Of a DNA stretch of 64,000 nucleotides, positions 11,736-24,905 are shown one piece after another. The DNA comes from Camelus ferus. Its lineage: Eukaryota. Numbering within the stretch: the stretch's first letter is position 1; each line of letters opens with the position of its first letter. The stretch covers positions 13,890,001-13,954,000 of the forward strand of contig NC_045697.1 of the NCBI RefSeq assembly GCF_009834535.1, written 5' to 3'. Position numbers and translations under genes: made by a program. The notes below the pieces were generated by a model. That model made no database searches and was not told the origin of the DNA. It was given only the letters and a program-made list of their open reading frames with translations.

Positions 11736-11851
11736 GGGGAGGGGATAGCTCAGTGGTAGAATGCGTGCTTAGCATGCATGAAGTCCTGGGTTCGATACCC
11801 AGTACCGCCATTTAAAAAAAAAAAAGTTAAAAAAAAATAAATAAAAATTAA
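11736..11851 (+). mobile_element. tRNA-Ala(AGC)-derived SINE, camelid Vic-1-like, with A-rich tail and TSD
   Basis: GGGGAGGGGATAGCTCAGTGGTAGAATGCGTGCTTAGCATGCATGAAGTCCTGGGTTCGATACCCAGTACCGCCA followed by an A-rich tail. A box 11746-11756, B box 11789-11799. Direct repeat cacatcaga at 11727-11735 and 11858-11866 (imperfect ~15 bp TSD) at a TT|AAAG L1-endonuclease-type site. Confidence 0.9.
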
Positions 11852-12869
11852 AAAAACCACATCAGACTCAGTAAAGAGGCTCAGTATGTATGTTGCTTGA
11901 GCAAAATCATGCACCAAGATGATCAGGTGTGTGTCATAGACTGTGACATTTGTTAAGCATCAAATTATTCTTGCCTGTTGATAAGCAATATTGAACTATC
12001 TTGAATTACATTCACTGACTGCGGTCTTCGAGGGCTTTAATGCAAGTGCACTGTTAGAAGTTTAGCAGAACATTGAATCTATCTGAGGGGGTTTCTCATG
12101 CAGCAGTTTTTATGGGCCTTGAAGTTGAACGGTGGTGAGAAGGCCTCTTTGCTCTTTGTGGACCGTTTTGTAAATTCTGAAGCAGCAAGGCTGTTTATTT
12201 TTCCCACATCTGTTTTGGGCTCATCCTTTGTGACAGTGTTTGCTGGATGCTGTGTCCTTTATACCTCCCCTGAAATGAGTAGTTTAGTTTGCACTGTTAC
12301 AATGTATTTGTGGAAGCGACGAATGTCAAATATTTTACATTGAGTTCAGTCTTTCATTCCTGTTGGATACCCTTCTGCTTGAATTATGCCTTTTAGACTG
12401 AATTTCACAACTTTACGTGGAATGAGAGACTTTTCTGCATGAACTGTATATATACATACATCGCTCTTGTCTGTTTTCAAAGCAATTTGTGTCTGCTGCA
12501 CTGGAAGGAATATTGGTGAAAACGCTTTCAGAATGAAAGTTTGGGAATGATAGGGCTGATTTGGTTTTAATGCAGTTGGAACAGCGCTTTTAGATAACAT
12601 TTACAAAAAAATTATTTGTCCTCCTGGCAGCGTCCGTCTGTCCTGGATGCAGGTGTTGCTCCAGCTCCTCTGCTGCTGTGCTCGGTCCTGGCAGGGAGCC
12701 CAGGGTGCAGAGAACCTAGACTCCCCTCTGTGGAGGCACCTTGTAATTTCATACGCTATTGCCTGGTGTCCTGTGCAACAGGGGTGGCCGCTAACTGGTT
12801 GTGCTGTTGATTTTGCTTTCTAAACAGATACAAACTCCTCTCCCCATTTTTAAAACCAGAGACATTAGG

Positions 12870-13088
12870 TAAGAGTGGCTTCAGAAAACCCTTGATTTCA
12901 GCTCCATTGTAATCTTGATCTTGATCAAATTGCTTTATCTTTTAAAACCTCAGTTTTATGACCATTAAAACAGAGATAACTATTATATATTATACCTCAT
13001 AGTGGTGGTGCATGATTTAGTAAGGTCATGTACATAGCTTCACAAAACACTTGATGCAGAGTTGGCACTTAAAGAAGTATTATTATTA
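12870..13088 (+). mobile_element. MIR SINE (degenerate)
   Basis: Resembles the MIR core and tail: aacctcagtttt...aaaacagagataa...tacctcatagtggtggtg...aagtattattatt. Confidence 0.65.
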
Positions 13089-15074
13089 TACTTTTCAGCG
13101 TCTCCTTTCCCGTTTTTCAGAAGCTGAGCTTAGGGATTATTTTCTCATCCTGGGCTAATGTGTCTGTAAGAAATCTGACTTTTAAATATCTATATTTAGC
13201 ATGATTTTAATTCTCATTTTCTTCTTATAGTATGTAATCAATAGAAGAGATGTGAAGAGAGTACAAAACGTTCTCCAAAGTTTTTTCAGAGTATTTATCA
13301 TAATCTCTCTGAATATACAGAGAAATAGCCAGAAATAAGGGGCATGAAGAGGAAGCAACATTTTTATTACTAAGTTTGTATTCCCTACCATGGAATACAA
13401 AGGGTAGAAATATAAAATTTATCTAGTGCTAGCTAAGTATTAAAAATTTGCTTTAAAAATGTTAGAATAAAACATTTTTAAAAGACAAGTGGAAATTTTC
13501 CTGAGAAGAAGGCATTTATGTATGAGAAACAGGAGATTGTAAAAGATAGACTTTTTAAGGGAGAATTTATCAAACCCTTGAAACAGACCAGGTGCGTTGT
13601 AAATACCTTACATTTACAATGACAGGTAAATACGAGACATACATTTTTTTTTACCACCTTTGGTAAAATTGTTTACATTTTATATTTTGGATTGGGGCAG
13701 AGGGTGCAAATATTAATTGAACTGAGGTGAAAGTTGAAACAATAACAGACTAACCTCTAGCAATGCGCAAGCCACAGGAGCAGCTGGCAGATAATAATTT
13801 GAAACAGTGCTTGTCAGTGATGCTCAGGCTGCCCTTCAAGTTGAGGTTGTTAAGGATCAGCATTTCAGAGGCCAGTGGCGTTTAGCGTGTGATACAGATC
13901 ATTCACCCCACGGAAGGTCACACTCAAAAATAGCCCCTCCCACAGAGGAAACAGTTACTGGGATCTCTCACATCTTTGCCCTGAAAAAAAAAAAACCTCA
14001 GAGACACCCATTACACGCCTTTCTGAAACCATGAATTACCGTCCAGAGAATTCTCAATCAGCCCTGAGATCTTGTGGGCAGATTCCGTCTAGCTGGTGAT
14101 GACACTGGGGCTGGATATCCCTGAATCTCTGTTATCTGTCCTTCAACACAACAGAGTATCCTTGCTGGGAACAATAAGTAACTGACACACCTTGTCTGCT
14201 TAAGGCAGCTAATTTATGTTGGTTCCTATAAATCCTCCTCTGAGATGCCCTTAATTCCCTATTTGCTTTTTTTGTGTTCTTGGACTATCGGATTTTAACT
14301 TCTTTAACACATTTACATCAAAGTTATTATGACACTCTCATCTTCAAGTCTCTAAGAAGTATTCTGTGGTATTAGAAGATGCTAGGTTACTTTTTCTGCA
14401 GCTCTGTTTAGAAATTGACATGCAGTTTAATAGTCTTTAACTTAATTCTGGATTTTTAAAAATCTTTAAAGATTTAATTTCTGGTCATTGTACAAGGAAC
14501 TCTGCTTTAAATTATTCTCCTTCATTGCATATTTTGGAAGGGTTTCACTTTTTATTTTAATGTTTGTATTTCCATTTATTCTTAGTACTGATGGGAGAGG
14601 GAAGAGAAGAGCAGGAACCAAAGGTGTATCGATATTCTTTTAGAGGAAAAAAGTGCAGTCCTATTGTTTTCTATGCACGTTGCCACTCACCTATTACCTA
14701 CCTTTTTTCGTGTGACACTACCTTGTCTTATACACATGGTTGGTTTAGACACATTAAAATCATGAATGATTTTCAGGAAATGATGAGTTACTTGAATTCT
14801 GAGAAAAATGTTTTATATGTATTTTCATTTTTCTCTCAACTTTAGGTACTTTAAATAGATCTTTAAAATAGTGAACTGACTAGAGAGCTAGTTTTTTCAA
14901 AAAAATAAAGCTTGGTATTTTATTTTCAGGTGATTCATTCATAGATATTTAAGAAGGGGGCTGTATAAAACTATGTTTTTCACCAAAAAAATATTGGAGA
15001 AAAGGAAAGTTCAGGATGACATTATTTTGAATTATTGTTCAGGAATGTTTAGACTGTCTCTCTTTGAAAGGAGT

Positions 15075-15270
15075 GATTCAGAGGGTATGTTCTGGAGTCC
15101 CCCCACCTGAATTTGAGTTCTGGCTCTGCTTTCTGTGAGGTGGGGGCCTCCCTCCAAAACAGAAGTCACCATAGCACCTACTTGTGGGGCTGAATGAATG
15201 GGGTGATTCATGTGAACCTCTCAGAACAGTGACCATCATGTAGTAGGCTTAATATATGTTAGCTGTTACT
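15075..15270 (+). mobile_element. MIR SINE
   Basis: ctggagtcc...cctgaatttgagttctggctctgc...atagcacctac...catgtgaac..cagaacagtg...tagtaggcttaatatatgttagctgttact. Confidence 0.7.
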
Positions 15271-15699
15271 TTGGGAATGAATAAAGAACCACTGGGAATC
15301 TCAAAAAAAAAAAAAAAAAATTAAGGAAAGACAGGGCTTGCACCCTGTCTGAATTATCTACTTCCTTACAGTATTTGAGATGATACCAATGTGGACCCAT
15401 TAGCAAGACATCTAGTAGCAGCAGTCACTCAGATAGCTGCACTTGTCTCAACATATTGACTCCTTCCAATTTCTAGATGGTGTTGAGAATAGCATGGCTG
15501 GGTGAGGCTGAAGGAAGGGAGAGGAAGCAGGTGCTGTAGAGGGCACAGGAAAGCAGGTTTGGTGGTGGGACTTAGGGTATCTGGAGAGTGGCTTGTAAAA
15601 CCTAAGGCAGGTACCTTGAGAAGCATGCCCGGAGAAAGTTGGCCGAACATAACATGCGTACGCTAGGGTTTTCCTGAATTATATCGAAATGCGAAGAGC

Positions 15700-16050
15700 A
15701 GTTTGTTCTTATTCAGCATTTCCTAAGAACCTACTAAGTGCCAGGGAAGAAGGAAGGGAATGCATAGATGTGGTCTTTACACTTGAAGAGCTTACAACCT
15801 GCTGGGAAACAGACCAGTACAGGACTAAAAATAATCTGATAAATCAGATACTTCAGGCATATGGAGACACAGACAAGGGAGGAACTAACTTTATGCAGAA
15901 GAATCAGGGGAGTTACACAGAGGACCTAAGAAAGTACCATCTGGAGAAGAGAGAAGGCTCTATACAGAGTTCCATCTGCAGAGACTGGGACGTGCAGGAC
16001 CATGCTGGTTTTGTCAGAACAGTCATGAACAATGTTTGTTAGTCTCGTGG
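15700..16050 (-). mobile_element. L2 LINE fragment
   Basis: attcagcatttcctaagaacctactaagtgccagg...gtggtctttacacttgaagagcttaca, typical of the reverse-complemented L2 3' end. Confidence 0.55.
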
Positions 16051-16389
16051 TTTGGATCAGATCACGAACACACACCTCTGTCATTTCAAAAATTGGAATT
16101 GGCTCTTTGGACAATGGGGTGTCTTCCCTAGAAAAATTCTCATTCCCACAGTTGTGAATATTTGTAATCTATTTTATCAAGACACGAATATAACAAGGTC
16201 ATAATTAAGTTATATTTTATTGAAATTGTATAATAGTAGATTCTGGAAGTACTCTTTCCTCAGGATCATGCCCAGCAAAGAAAAAAAGACTTCCGGTTTC
16301 ACTTTAAATTTAACCTTGTTATATGCTTTATTTATGAAAATTAGTATAAGTGATAAGTCAGTCCACCCTTTCACTATTTTGAATAGTTA

Positions 16390-16735
16390 ATTCTTCTTTA
16401 TTGAGACATAGTTGAGGTATAATATATGCTTCAGGTGTATAGTATAGTGATTCACAATTTCTAAAGGTTATATTCCACTAATTACAAAGTATTAACTGTA
16501 TTCCCTGAGTTGTACTATGTATCTTTGTAGCTTAGTTGTTTGTATCTTTTAATCCTCTATCCTATCTTTGGCCCTCTCCCCTACCCTCTCCCCACTGGTG
16601 AACCACTAGTTTGTTCTCTGTATCTGTGAGTCTGTTTCTTTTTTGTTATATTCACTATTTCGTTTTATGTTTAGATTCCATATGTAAGTGATATCATACA
16701 GTGTCTTTCTCCATCTGACTTATTCCATTTTACAT
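16390..16735 (-). mobile_element. 5'-truncated L1 3' UTR (laurasiatherian/artiodactyl type) with candidate TSD
   Basis: ttttattgagacatagttg...ccctctccccactggtgaaccactagtttgttctctgtatctgtgagtctgtttc...tagattccatatgtaagtgatatcatacagt. Direct repeat ccctttcactat at 16366-16377 and 16743-16754. Confidence 0.85.
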
Positions 16736-18203
16736 ACGACCCCCCTTTCACTATGAACTTTACCATTTTCCCTCTGATAGTCTCGGCATACGTTTTTATG
16801 AGCATGCATTTTATTAAGTGCTAAGAGTGTTTTAATAGATAACCAACTTCATAATAATATGCGTTATGTCACAGAAGAGGGTAAAGGTAACTATCCTTGC
16901 TCGTGACATTTTAGTGTTGGAAGAAGTTCTGAGGTTCACCTGATCCAACTTTTCACCTGCTGTGGGATTTCTTTTCATTACATCTGTTGCAGGGAGAAAA
17001 AGAATGCATTGCCTCTGCTTGAATGCATGTGGGATAAGGAATTGAGAGTTTCTTAAGGCTGATCATCCCATTTCATGATATCTTTTATACTTAGAAAGGT
17101 CATCCGTATGATCTACTTTCTTAAGAGTTACAATTCCTAGTGCCATTTCTGCCCTCTAGAGACTAAATAAGTGTAATTCTGCTCCCATCTGATGACCATT
17201 TAAATAACTCTAGGTTGATATGCCCTCTTTTCCTGTCCCATTAACAGTTATCTTTAAGATGAGAAACACCTCATTTCTTCAGCATGACATTAGCTTCGTA
17301 CTCTCCTCTACAGTCATAGCAGCTTATAAATCATTAAAGTGTGCATTTTGCATCAACTTGTTATCATTGTATTTAAATTTGGGGAAAGTAGATAGACATT
17401 TATTTTTATTGGCATGCTGTTCAGTTGTGTATGTAAAATGAATGGGGTTGGGATATTAATGCATCAGGGCTAGGATTTGCCACTCTTTAGCAAATGTGCA
17501 TTGTCCAAAAGAACTTAGTCACGTAGCACCAGGGCTTAAATTGAGTTAGACTTACAATCAAATTCTTTTCTAAAATATTTAAAACATCCCCCTATCAGTT
17601 AAACATTTAAAAAAAATACTTTAGCATTGTGCCATCACTGATAGTTATAACTCAGCCTTGATATTCAATTACCTGTGGATTGTGGTTTTCTTCTGATTTT
17701 GCCTACAGGGACAAATCATGCTGACACTTCCTCACACATTTTTTCTGCAACCAAATGAAAAGCTTTAAAAAAATGAAATTTCCATCTCCCCACGGTGCTT
17801 TGGCTGAAATTTAGGTCATTTGGGATAGCATATGAATTATTTTAGGGCACCATTTAATGGGTTGTTTCTGCTGTGTGTTGAACTTGCCTGCCCTCAACAC
17901 CAGATTCTGAGTCCAGAAATCCTTTTTCATTGCATCTGTACTGGTTGACTGATGTTGCGCGGGGATGTGAGTTTAGAGTTCAGACCTCAGTAATCATCAC
18001 CTGAGTAAGCATCACAGAAAATCGCTTTAAAGAGTCATGTAGCAAGAGGTGTAACCAACTTTTGATTTGTAATGCTTGAATTCTCTTGAATGTCATTTCA
18101 TTCTTTCCTTAAATGCAGGATGAGGCATGACACTCCCCAATCACAGTCTCATTGTTGGGTACTTTCTATGTAACATACGCTTTGTTTTTGTTTTTCTCAA
18201 AAG

Positions 18204-18275
18204 GCGTTTAAACAGAAATCACCTTCAGCTGTTTCCTGAGTTGCTGTTTCTTGGAACTGCGAAGCTATACAGGCT
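18204..18275 (+). CDS. SLIT2: SLIT2 coding exon 4 (72 nt, one LRR)
   Basis: Acceptor tttgtttttgtttttctcaaaag|G. Encodes (L)[23 protein letters not shown](L). Donor CT|GTAAGT. Confidence 0.98.
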
Positions 18276-21200
18276 GTAAGTAGACAGAAATAGTTATTGT
18301 TGCTTTGGGTAGTACCTTGCGTTTTATTGAATGTATTTTGGATCTGTTTCCTTGTGCTTTCCTGGAATCTATTCACCAGTAGATTAATGGATTAAAATTT
18401 TGCCTTTCTTTTTTTTGGAAATTTATGATTGGTTTCCCAGTGGTTCCAGTTCTTTTATTTGGTCAGCATTTACTGGTTCATGTCTATGTCATTGCGATTG
18501 TATTATTCTTTTTTTTTTGGTCCTGATGGGGAGATTGGCCTGACTTCTGTCTGGAAACTTTTAATTATGTTCTGAAGGGACAGATTGCCAGTGCACTTCC
18601 TCTTCAGAGGAAATTGGCAGTGTTTTCTTGTAAAGTTGGGCTTCTTAATGTCAGCTTTTTTGATATTGTTTCGGTACTCAAATAGTGTTTATTAGTCTGG
18701 AAGTATTATTACAAGGTATTTAAAGAGGGCTGTAAATTTCCTCTTAAATGTTCCTTTTAAAGCCAGAATTCGAAACTTTGCCATGTGAATGACTGCAATG
18801 GTTTCATATCAAATACGTCTTTGACTGTTAGCGGAAGTACTTCTTTGGAAGGATGTAATGTGAGTTTTAGGCAGATCGGTTTTTCCTCCCTGGAATGCTT
18901 GTTCATTGACCTAATGCACGAGAGTGAAAACACATTTTTGAAAGCTTTTAAAATTAGATCTTCAGCCATATGAATGATTTTGTGCAGATGGGAGATAAGC
19001 TACAAAGTGTTGGCAAAATAACTAGGTATGATTATTGATGTTCTTGGATGTTGTGAAGAGATCGTGGGGATACATAGAATAAATTGCTCAGTTGGCTCCC
19101 ACCTGGATGGTGGGGAAGTTCCATATGGTCGTGCTTGTGGGGAAAGTGAGGAGATTGCAAAACCAAACTTGACTTTGTAGCCAAGGCATTGTAGCCTACT
19201 AGTTCAATATTGTTATCAGTTCCAGAAGCAGGAAGGCTCTCTTCCCAGAGCCCTCCCCCACATTGTGTCTCTGTTAGGATCTCTGTTAGGTCCTCCTAAC
19301 ACCTTAGCTCACTATAGGAAGAATTTATCCAGCAGGCAGAAGTGTAGCCAGCTACACACCAGGTCTTCTCTCTAGAGTCTGACTTTCGTGTTTCTCTAAG
19401 GATAGCCAGAGTCGCTTAGCAGAATTTCTCCTCTGCTTCATGTTTCCTGCTGGTTAATTGGCCCAATTTAAGTAAATTTAAAAGAATCCAATAAAGAAAC
19501 CTTGAGACCACCTTTTTAACAAGAATTCTCTGAGGACTAGTTTTACCAAGGAAACTGGATATAGGCTATTATGAAGATTATATGTATGAATATAAATTGA
19601 TACTTAGATTTAATTATTTGTGCTTAGTTTCCAAGAAGGGCTGCAGAGATGGCTTTCGTAGTATTCTGCTTTCTTTAACTTTTTTTTTGATTGAGGGGAT
19701 TTTGAATCATTGACTTCAAACCTAGTATACAGTGAGTGCTGTTAAACTACTACTTTGCTAATAATGTGCATATGAAAACAATCTGAATCGTCTAGAAGAT
19801 TGTTTTCTATGTAGCTGTGGAAATATAATTTAAATGGAATGGCTGTTTGTAACTAGAATTAAAATTATGAAGATGAAGAGGGGGAAAATGTAGGAAGTAA
19901 TTTTAATACTATCTCTGAGAAACTAGAATGTTTAATTATTTATTTATTTTTTTTGCCTAGAAGTACTTGTATTAATTTTCATAGGAGAATTCAGGTGGTA
20001 TAATCTAGTGCAGAATCCCCTCTTAGCAAAGTATATTCTGTTTAATATTTTTCCCCCATTGACAATATCATATACTGGACCAAGGGATTGTCCTTTATGT
20101 TTTGTTATGTTTTTAAAACTTAATGAAGTTGCTGTATGAAAGAAGACTTGAAATCCTTCAGTGAATTTAAAGAAACAGAACCTATAAAACTATAAGGCAA
20201 CATTTTCTAGTTAATTAAAAGCATGTCAAAAATGGGAAAAGAATTATTCAGAATATTCAGAAAAGAATTGTTCAGAATTGTGATGTGCCTGTTTGGCGCA
20301 AAGGATTTTCCCTGGGGACTAATGGAAGATTCAGTTTTGTTTCTGATGTGGAATTAGTTGTGAGAGAGACTCGAATGCTTTGATTTTCCTAAGGTTAGAG
20401 CTTGATGGCTTGATGTTTAATACTGTTTGGAACTTGACACCTTGACACAGGCATTGGATACACATAGAACCATAGATGCGTAATTTTTTTCTGCACCAGC
20501 AATCAGGAATCTTCTCTGGAGCTGAAGCACTGTAGTCTCACCTGAATTAGATTTTGCGGATTGTTAGAAATGATCTTTCTCTTGCGAGGATAAGTTATAA
20601 GCTACATGTGACTAGTTTTTTTTTTTTTTTTTTTTTTATGATGGTGATTACTAATTGAATTAAACAGCCCCCCTTAAGAGTCTTTAATAAACAAAGGGCC
20701 AAAAGCTTGGGAAGCTGACTGCCAGGCTAGTGTAATTTTCAAGAGGAAGGATGCAAGTTCACATTTTTTTCATATGATACAGGTGCCTAGTAGCTAACCC
20801 GAAACAAATGTTCTAACAGATGGAAAAATATGCACAAATCTACATACGAAAATGTCCTCTAAAATGTTCATTTAAAAATGAATGTTTCTTTCACAAGAAG
20901 GGTAAGGGACGGGACAAAGGAAACAGAATTTTGGACAAAAAACATGGACAATATGTTGTGATGGGGAAGATTTGACTGGTTGTTGTATATGCACATTAAG
21001 TGATCTACAGTTGCCCTGCTGCATAATTTGGTAGAGCCATACACATCTAGAATTCATGAAAGAAATGAATTTAGAATTTATTTTCTCTTCATATAAATTA
21101 TTGCATACTTCTCATTAGTATCTCTCTTTTCCTAACTTATTTTACATCTTACCCTTACTTAATACCATTTTTTCCTGATATTTTTTCCAACGAGAAGGTT

Positions 21201-24200
21201 TCCTTATTTTAATATATAGTTCATACACTGATGTTTGATTTTTATCATTGTTTGCCTAGATTAAATCTAGTCTGATCCACTGGACGTTATACAGAATTTC
21301 TTTGTGCTTTTGTAATGAATAATCACCATTTGACTCTTGGCTGAAAATGAGATGCCAGGTGAGGAGGCACACATACTTTTTTTTTTTAAACTCTAAATGC
21401 ATTATGGAAGAAAAAGAGGGTACACTGTATATGAATTATGATTGGACATGGTTGATTGCTGCTAGCGGCCAAATACGCTTTTCCTTTGCTGTCTGCTCCA
21501 ATTTCTCTTTGGACGGGTTGAGAGAGCACTACATGTTCAGGTCAAGATGTTTGCTCAGAAATAGTAGTACGGTTGCAGCTGTGTTTGTTGGAGCAGGAGA
21601 CTAGTTTAAATAGCATTACCATTTATCCAGTCCATTAACAGAAGTCTGTAAAATAACACCAACTCTGCATAAACTGCAGGACAGTGTAGTAAAATTACAA
21701 GCACTGTTGACAGATGGAAAGTGTAAGTAAAGAAAAAAGTGAAGGGCCATAGGTTGGAGGTTAAAATAGACAGCACAAAAGTTTTCTTAACTTACGCAGA
21801 CACCCCATCCTCCCCCTTTGCTCCACCTGGTTGCATTTTTATTATCAGTTTAAGAGTGGAAAACAGGATTTTTCAGAGCAATTAGGAGCTGGTTAACTGA
21901 CAGAAATTTCAGTGACTTTTGAAATCGTTGATTATGATTGAAATTCATGAGCGGCATAAACAAACCTTCCTGGAAAGTGTAACCTCGAAGGTGACTTACC
22001 CGTGAGTGATTCACACTTTTTAGCTGAAGTTTGCAGCTACTCATCCGGGCTCATTAGAGAGGAATTTCATTGGCAGTACTGTGGTTAAGCATTTGGTTAT
22101 AAATATTTGTTTTGTGGTTTTCAGTGTATTTCTTTGAGTAGTAGTATATTTACCCAGACTTCTAACATAAGCTTAAGTAGCCAGACCACGATGTAAAACT
22201 TCGTTTTTCACTTATGTCTTCTGAAACAAAACAAAACCAACAAACAAAAATAAATACATGGGTCCCAGAGATTCAATTTCTTTACTTCTTTGAATTAAAA
22301 CTATTTCTGGTTAACAAGTGACATTTATTACTCCCCAGTGAGCTTTGGAGCCACTAAATTATCTTACATTATAAGTAGCATTTTTAAAGCCAAGGAGTCT
22401 TTTTATGGCCTAGTAACTCCTTACCTGACGCAAATAGATTTTGAGCACTTAATTCAATTGGTCAGGTCACAATTCATTTGTTATCACATAGGATCTCAGA
22501 TTCTCCAAATTGTTTTTGATAATAGTTATTAAGATTCTTTAAGAGGAAAACTTAGTTTTTCTTCTATTAAGGTAAAAATTAATTTGCGAAACTTAACAAA
22601 TATACAATGAAGCTGTGCGTGTTTCCCTTTCTCATAGAAGGAGACTTAGTTTTTTATTCTGTTTTTTAATAGTTATAAGAGTAATGCATGCTTATATTAA
22701 GAAGATTTAGACAATTCAGAAAATTAGAAAAGTGGGTGGATAAATTTCGCATTGTCTCACCACCCAGATACAACCACTAGAATACTTGTCAATGACTAGT
22801 AACGTGGTTTTCTTTTTCTATAATTATGTTTATAAACGCTGGTGAACATGTATTAAAAAAACATTTTTTAATATCCCCAGGGTTTAGTATAAGGCTTGAC
22901 CTTTAGAAAGCTCTCAGTAAGTGTTTGATCTATTGCATTAAATCTCTGTCAGGTTCAGGGTTTGTAACTTGAATGGGCAAATAGTAACAATGGGAAGGCA
23001 TTATGAATAATGGACAGCCAAATTAAATTTAAAGAATACCTTGGCTAATTAAATGTTCAGTCCCTTTAGGTTTTCGAAACATGGAAGGTAGACACAGCAA
23101 AATCAAAATGTTTCATTTTTCACCTAAGCAAAATAAATAGACTTTCATTTAGTACAATACTAGACTTATGTGAGACTCCCCCCCATCCCGACCCCAGTTC
23201 TCTGATGCCAGTTTAGTCTCAGAATTCTTGTATTCAAGGATAAAAGCAGAATACGACCGTGGTGCCTGTGTCAGAATTCCTCCTGAATTAATTTCTGCCA
23301 GCTCTGATTAAAGTGTGGGCTCCTAGAGGTGTCAGGTGCGTAGTTCCCTGCTTCATTTCACTCTTGGCCTGTTTGGCCCCTGCCACAATAAATCCGACAG
23401 TGGTAGCACAGGAATTGCAGGTTACAGTTGCCACGGTTACCGTTGTCCCGCCAGATCGACATCATTACTCATCTAGTGAGCTGCCGCAGATCTCTGTGGC
23501 TGAGGCTGCCGGAGAGCTTCAGGTGCAGAGGAGAGAAGTGCTTCCGAGGTGGGGTGTCTGTCTATGCTATCATCCCATGCAGGGGTCCACTGTTTGTACT
23601 GTTAATGCTGATAACTTGCTAAGGGGAACAGATTGACTCTTTATCTTTGAAAACAAAGAACCAGTATGAAAGATAACACTTAGGAAAGTGTTAACTGTCA
23701 GGGATTAAAACACCAAGTCCCTAATGATTTATTAAGTAATTTATTAATTACTTATTATTTTTGGCCCCAACGGATTCTCTTCTTGCCACTTAAAAAACAG
23801 ATACATGAGGAACGTTGAAAGAAATTACTGTTATGTAACCAAAGGTTTGTTTTTAAGTAGGTTTTTAAGACTTGATAGACTGATATCTGGACCATTTCAG
23901 AGTAGCCATTATGACTTGCCATAAAAAAAGAAAATGGCAAGCCATTTGACAGGACTTATTTTGATTTTGTTTAAAAATCAACATGCAGTCCTATGATTGA
24001 GAAGTTATAAATGCCACAAAGATTAAGATTGTATTTGAGATTTTTGCCAGGCCTCCTGTGGATGGTTTTTATTTTAAAGGGCTTACTAATAGAAGACTTG
24101 TTGCTGGAGAAAGTCAGACATTGGTAGGTTTCTGCTGTTGCCAACCCACCAGTAGACTCTCTGAGTGTGAAACCCACAACATAGTTTGTGGCATAGGGAA

Positions 24201-24799
24201 GTCAAGTGCAGGAAGGGCTTTCCCACTCATGTTGAAATGGTTGCTTTCCAAGATGTAAATGTTCCTACCTCGACCGAGTCCCCATGGTTTGCCGACTTGA
24301 ATTTGGTGAACACCATGGTAGATGCTGGGGAGAAAAGCCATTATGGTATGTGGCCCCACACAATATGTGGCATTTGTGGACTTCAGCCATTGCTAACATC
24401 TGGCTTGGAATATGTAATAAAGCCTACCGAGTTCATTAAGAATGATTGTGTTTTTCAAAAGATGAATTTAAATATTCAAAAGATGAATTTAAATATATGG
24501 TTTTCATGTCAAAAAAGTATTGTTGAATACACATCATCAGAGAGTATCTTAAAATTTGACTGTAAATCGTAAAATTGCCACTGTAATCTTGATATAACCT
24601 GGTGACTGAACTTTATATAAATAATTATTCTAGGAATAAGTGTCCATAGGGCGTTAGTTTTATTTAACTAATTTTAATGTAGTTATATTATGTTTTAAGA
24701 CACTGAAATCAAGTAATGTCATGAGGGGTGGCGTGAAATGCTAGTCATTAAATGCCTACTCAGATGGTAGTGGCTTTGCTTTCTTTGTAAATCAGTGGA

Positions 24800-24905
24800 C
24801 CCTGTGGAGCCAAGTTTCCTCATCTGTAAAATGGGAATGGTATTTACCTCCTGGGAATATTTTAAGTCATAATACAGATTCTGTATTTGAAAGAACATTG
24901 TTAAC
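24800..24905 (+). mobile_element. MIR core fragment
   Basis: gccaagtttcctcatctgtaaaatgggaatggtatttacctcc. Confidence 0.75.

Noticed and set aside
11736..11810. Functional tRNA-Ala(AGC) gene
   Set aside because: Extra 5' bases, imperfect acceptor and D stems, an A-rich tail and a TSD indicate a retroposed SINE.
14818..14850. Recurring ttttctctcaacttt string (also ~39876 and ~45766) as a dispersed repeat or acceptor family
   Set aside because: Low-complexity pyrimidine text with no shared flanks.
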